A DNA stretch of 64,000 nt from Rhynchobatus australiae (lineage: Eukaryota): the NCBI GenBank assembly GCA_034780895.1, contig JAUZTB010000002.1, positions 67,980,390 through 68,044,389 on the forward strand, read 5' to 3'. The translations under genes were made by a program, and so were the position numbers. A model generated the notes under the pieces. It was not told the DNA's origin, searched no databases, and worked only from the letters and a program-made list of their open reading frames with translations. How positions within the stretch are numbered: the stretch's first letter is position 1; the number at the start of each line of letters is the position of its first letter. Below, piece after piece: positions 63,650 to 64,000 of this stretch.

Positions 63650-63862
63650 TAAGGATCTCTCAGTCTACCTCATCATGGCCCTTGCACTTTATTTGTCTAC
63701 ATACATTGCACTTTCTCTGTAACTGTAACACTATATTCTGCATTCTGTTTTCTCTTTTGTAATACCTCAATGTAGTTATGTATAGAATGATCTGTCTGGA
63801 TGGCACGCAAACAAAGGCATTTCACTGTATCTCAGTAATTGTAACAATAATAAACAAATTAC
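63650..63862 (+). mobile_element. Rex1-type LINE 3' UTR
   Basis: ccttgcactttatttgtctac…tgcactttctctgtaactgtaacactatattctgc…tttcactgtatctcagta…aataaac. Homologous to 22385-22450 (-). Confidence 0.75.
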
Positions 63863-64000
63863 CTTTTTATTGGACTCCACCTGGAATCCAGTACCAGAGT
63901 GGAGTAAATAATGCTCCCATAACTGTCTCAGACACGGGAGCAGTTCAATGCTGCCAGTTCTCTTCAGAAGTGTCAGCCACAACACTTGCTCCATTTATTT

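Noticed and set aside
1-64000. CRISPR array, operon, prophage, rRNA, mitochondrial insertion or intact endogenous virus
   Set aside because: No regularly spaced repeats, no gene-dense long ORFs, and no recognisable rRNA, mitochondrial or viral structural sequence. The content is typical vertebrate TE-rich non-coding DNA.

Overview
Eukaryotic, AT-rich, CpG-depleted genomic DNA from a gapped draft assembly, with many N-runs. The repeat content points to a cartilaginous fish, probably a ray or other batoid: HE1/V-SINEs, SacSINE1/Deu-type SINEs and abundant CR1 LINEs. No intact protein-coding gene is recognisable, so the window reads as a large intron or intergenic region. It is packed with decayed retroelements (CR1, a second CR1/L2-group LINE, L2, Rex1/Babar, RTE, Penelope-like, one Gypsy LTR relic), two decayed PIF/Harbinger transposase genes and a 3' half of tRNA-Asp. 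Nearly all listed ORFs are TE fragments, random, or artefacts of reading through N-runs. I found no convincing new multi-gene system. The best leads are: a dispersed set of Penelope-derived ends with degenerate hammerhead-ribozyme cores (two of them palindromic), a 34-bp near-perfect hairpin created inside a SINE, a Rex1 LINE carrying three nested insertions, V-SINEs with two different LINE-derived tails, and a duplicated Gypsy RT segment. Family names come from recalled consensus motifs, not database searches, and boundaries are approximate.
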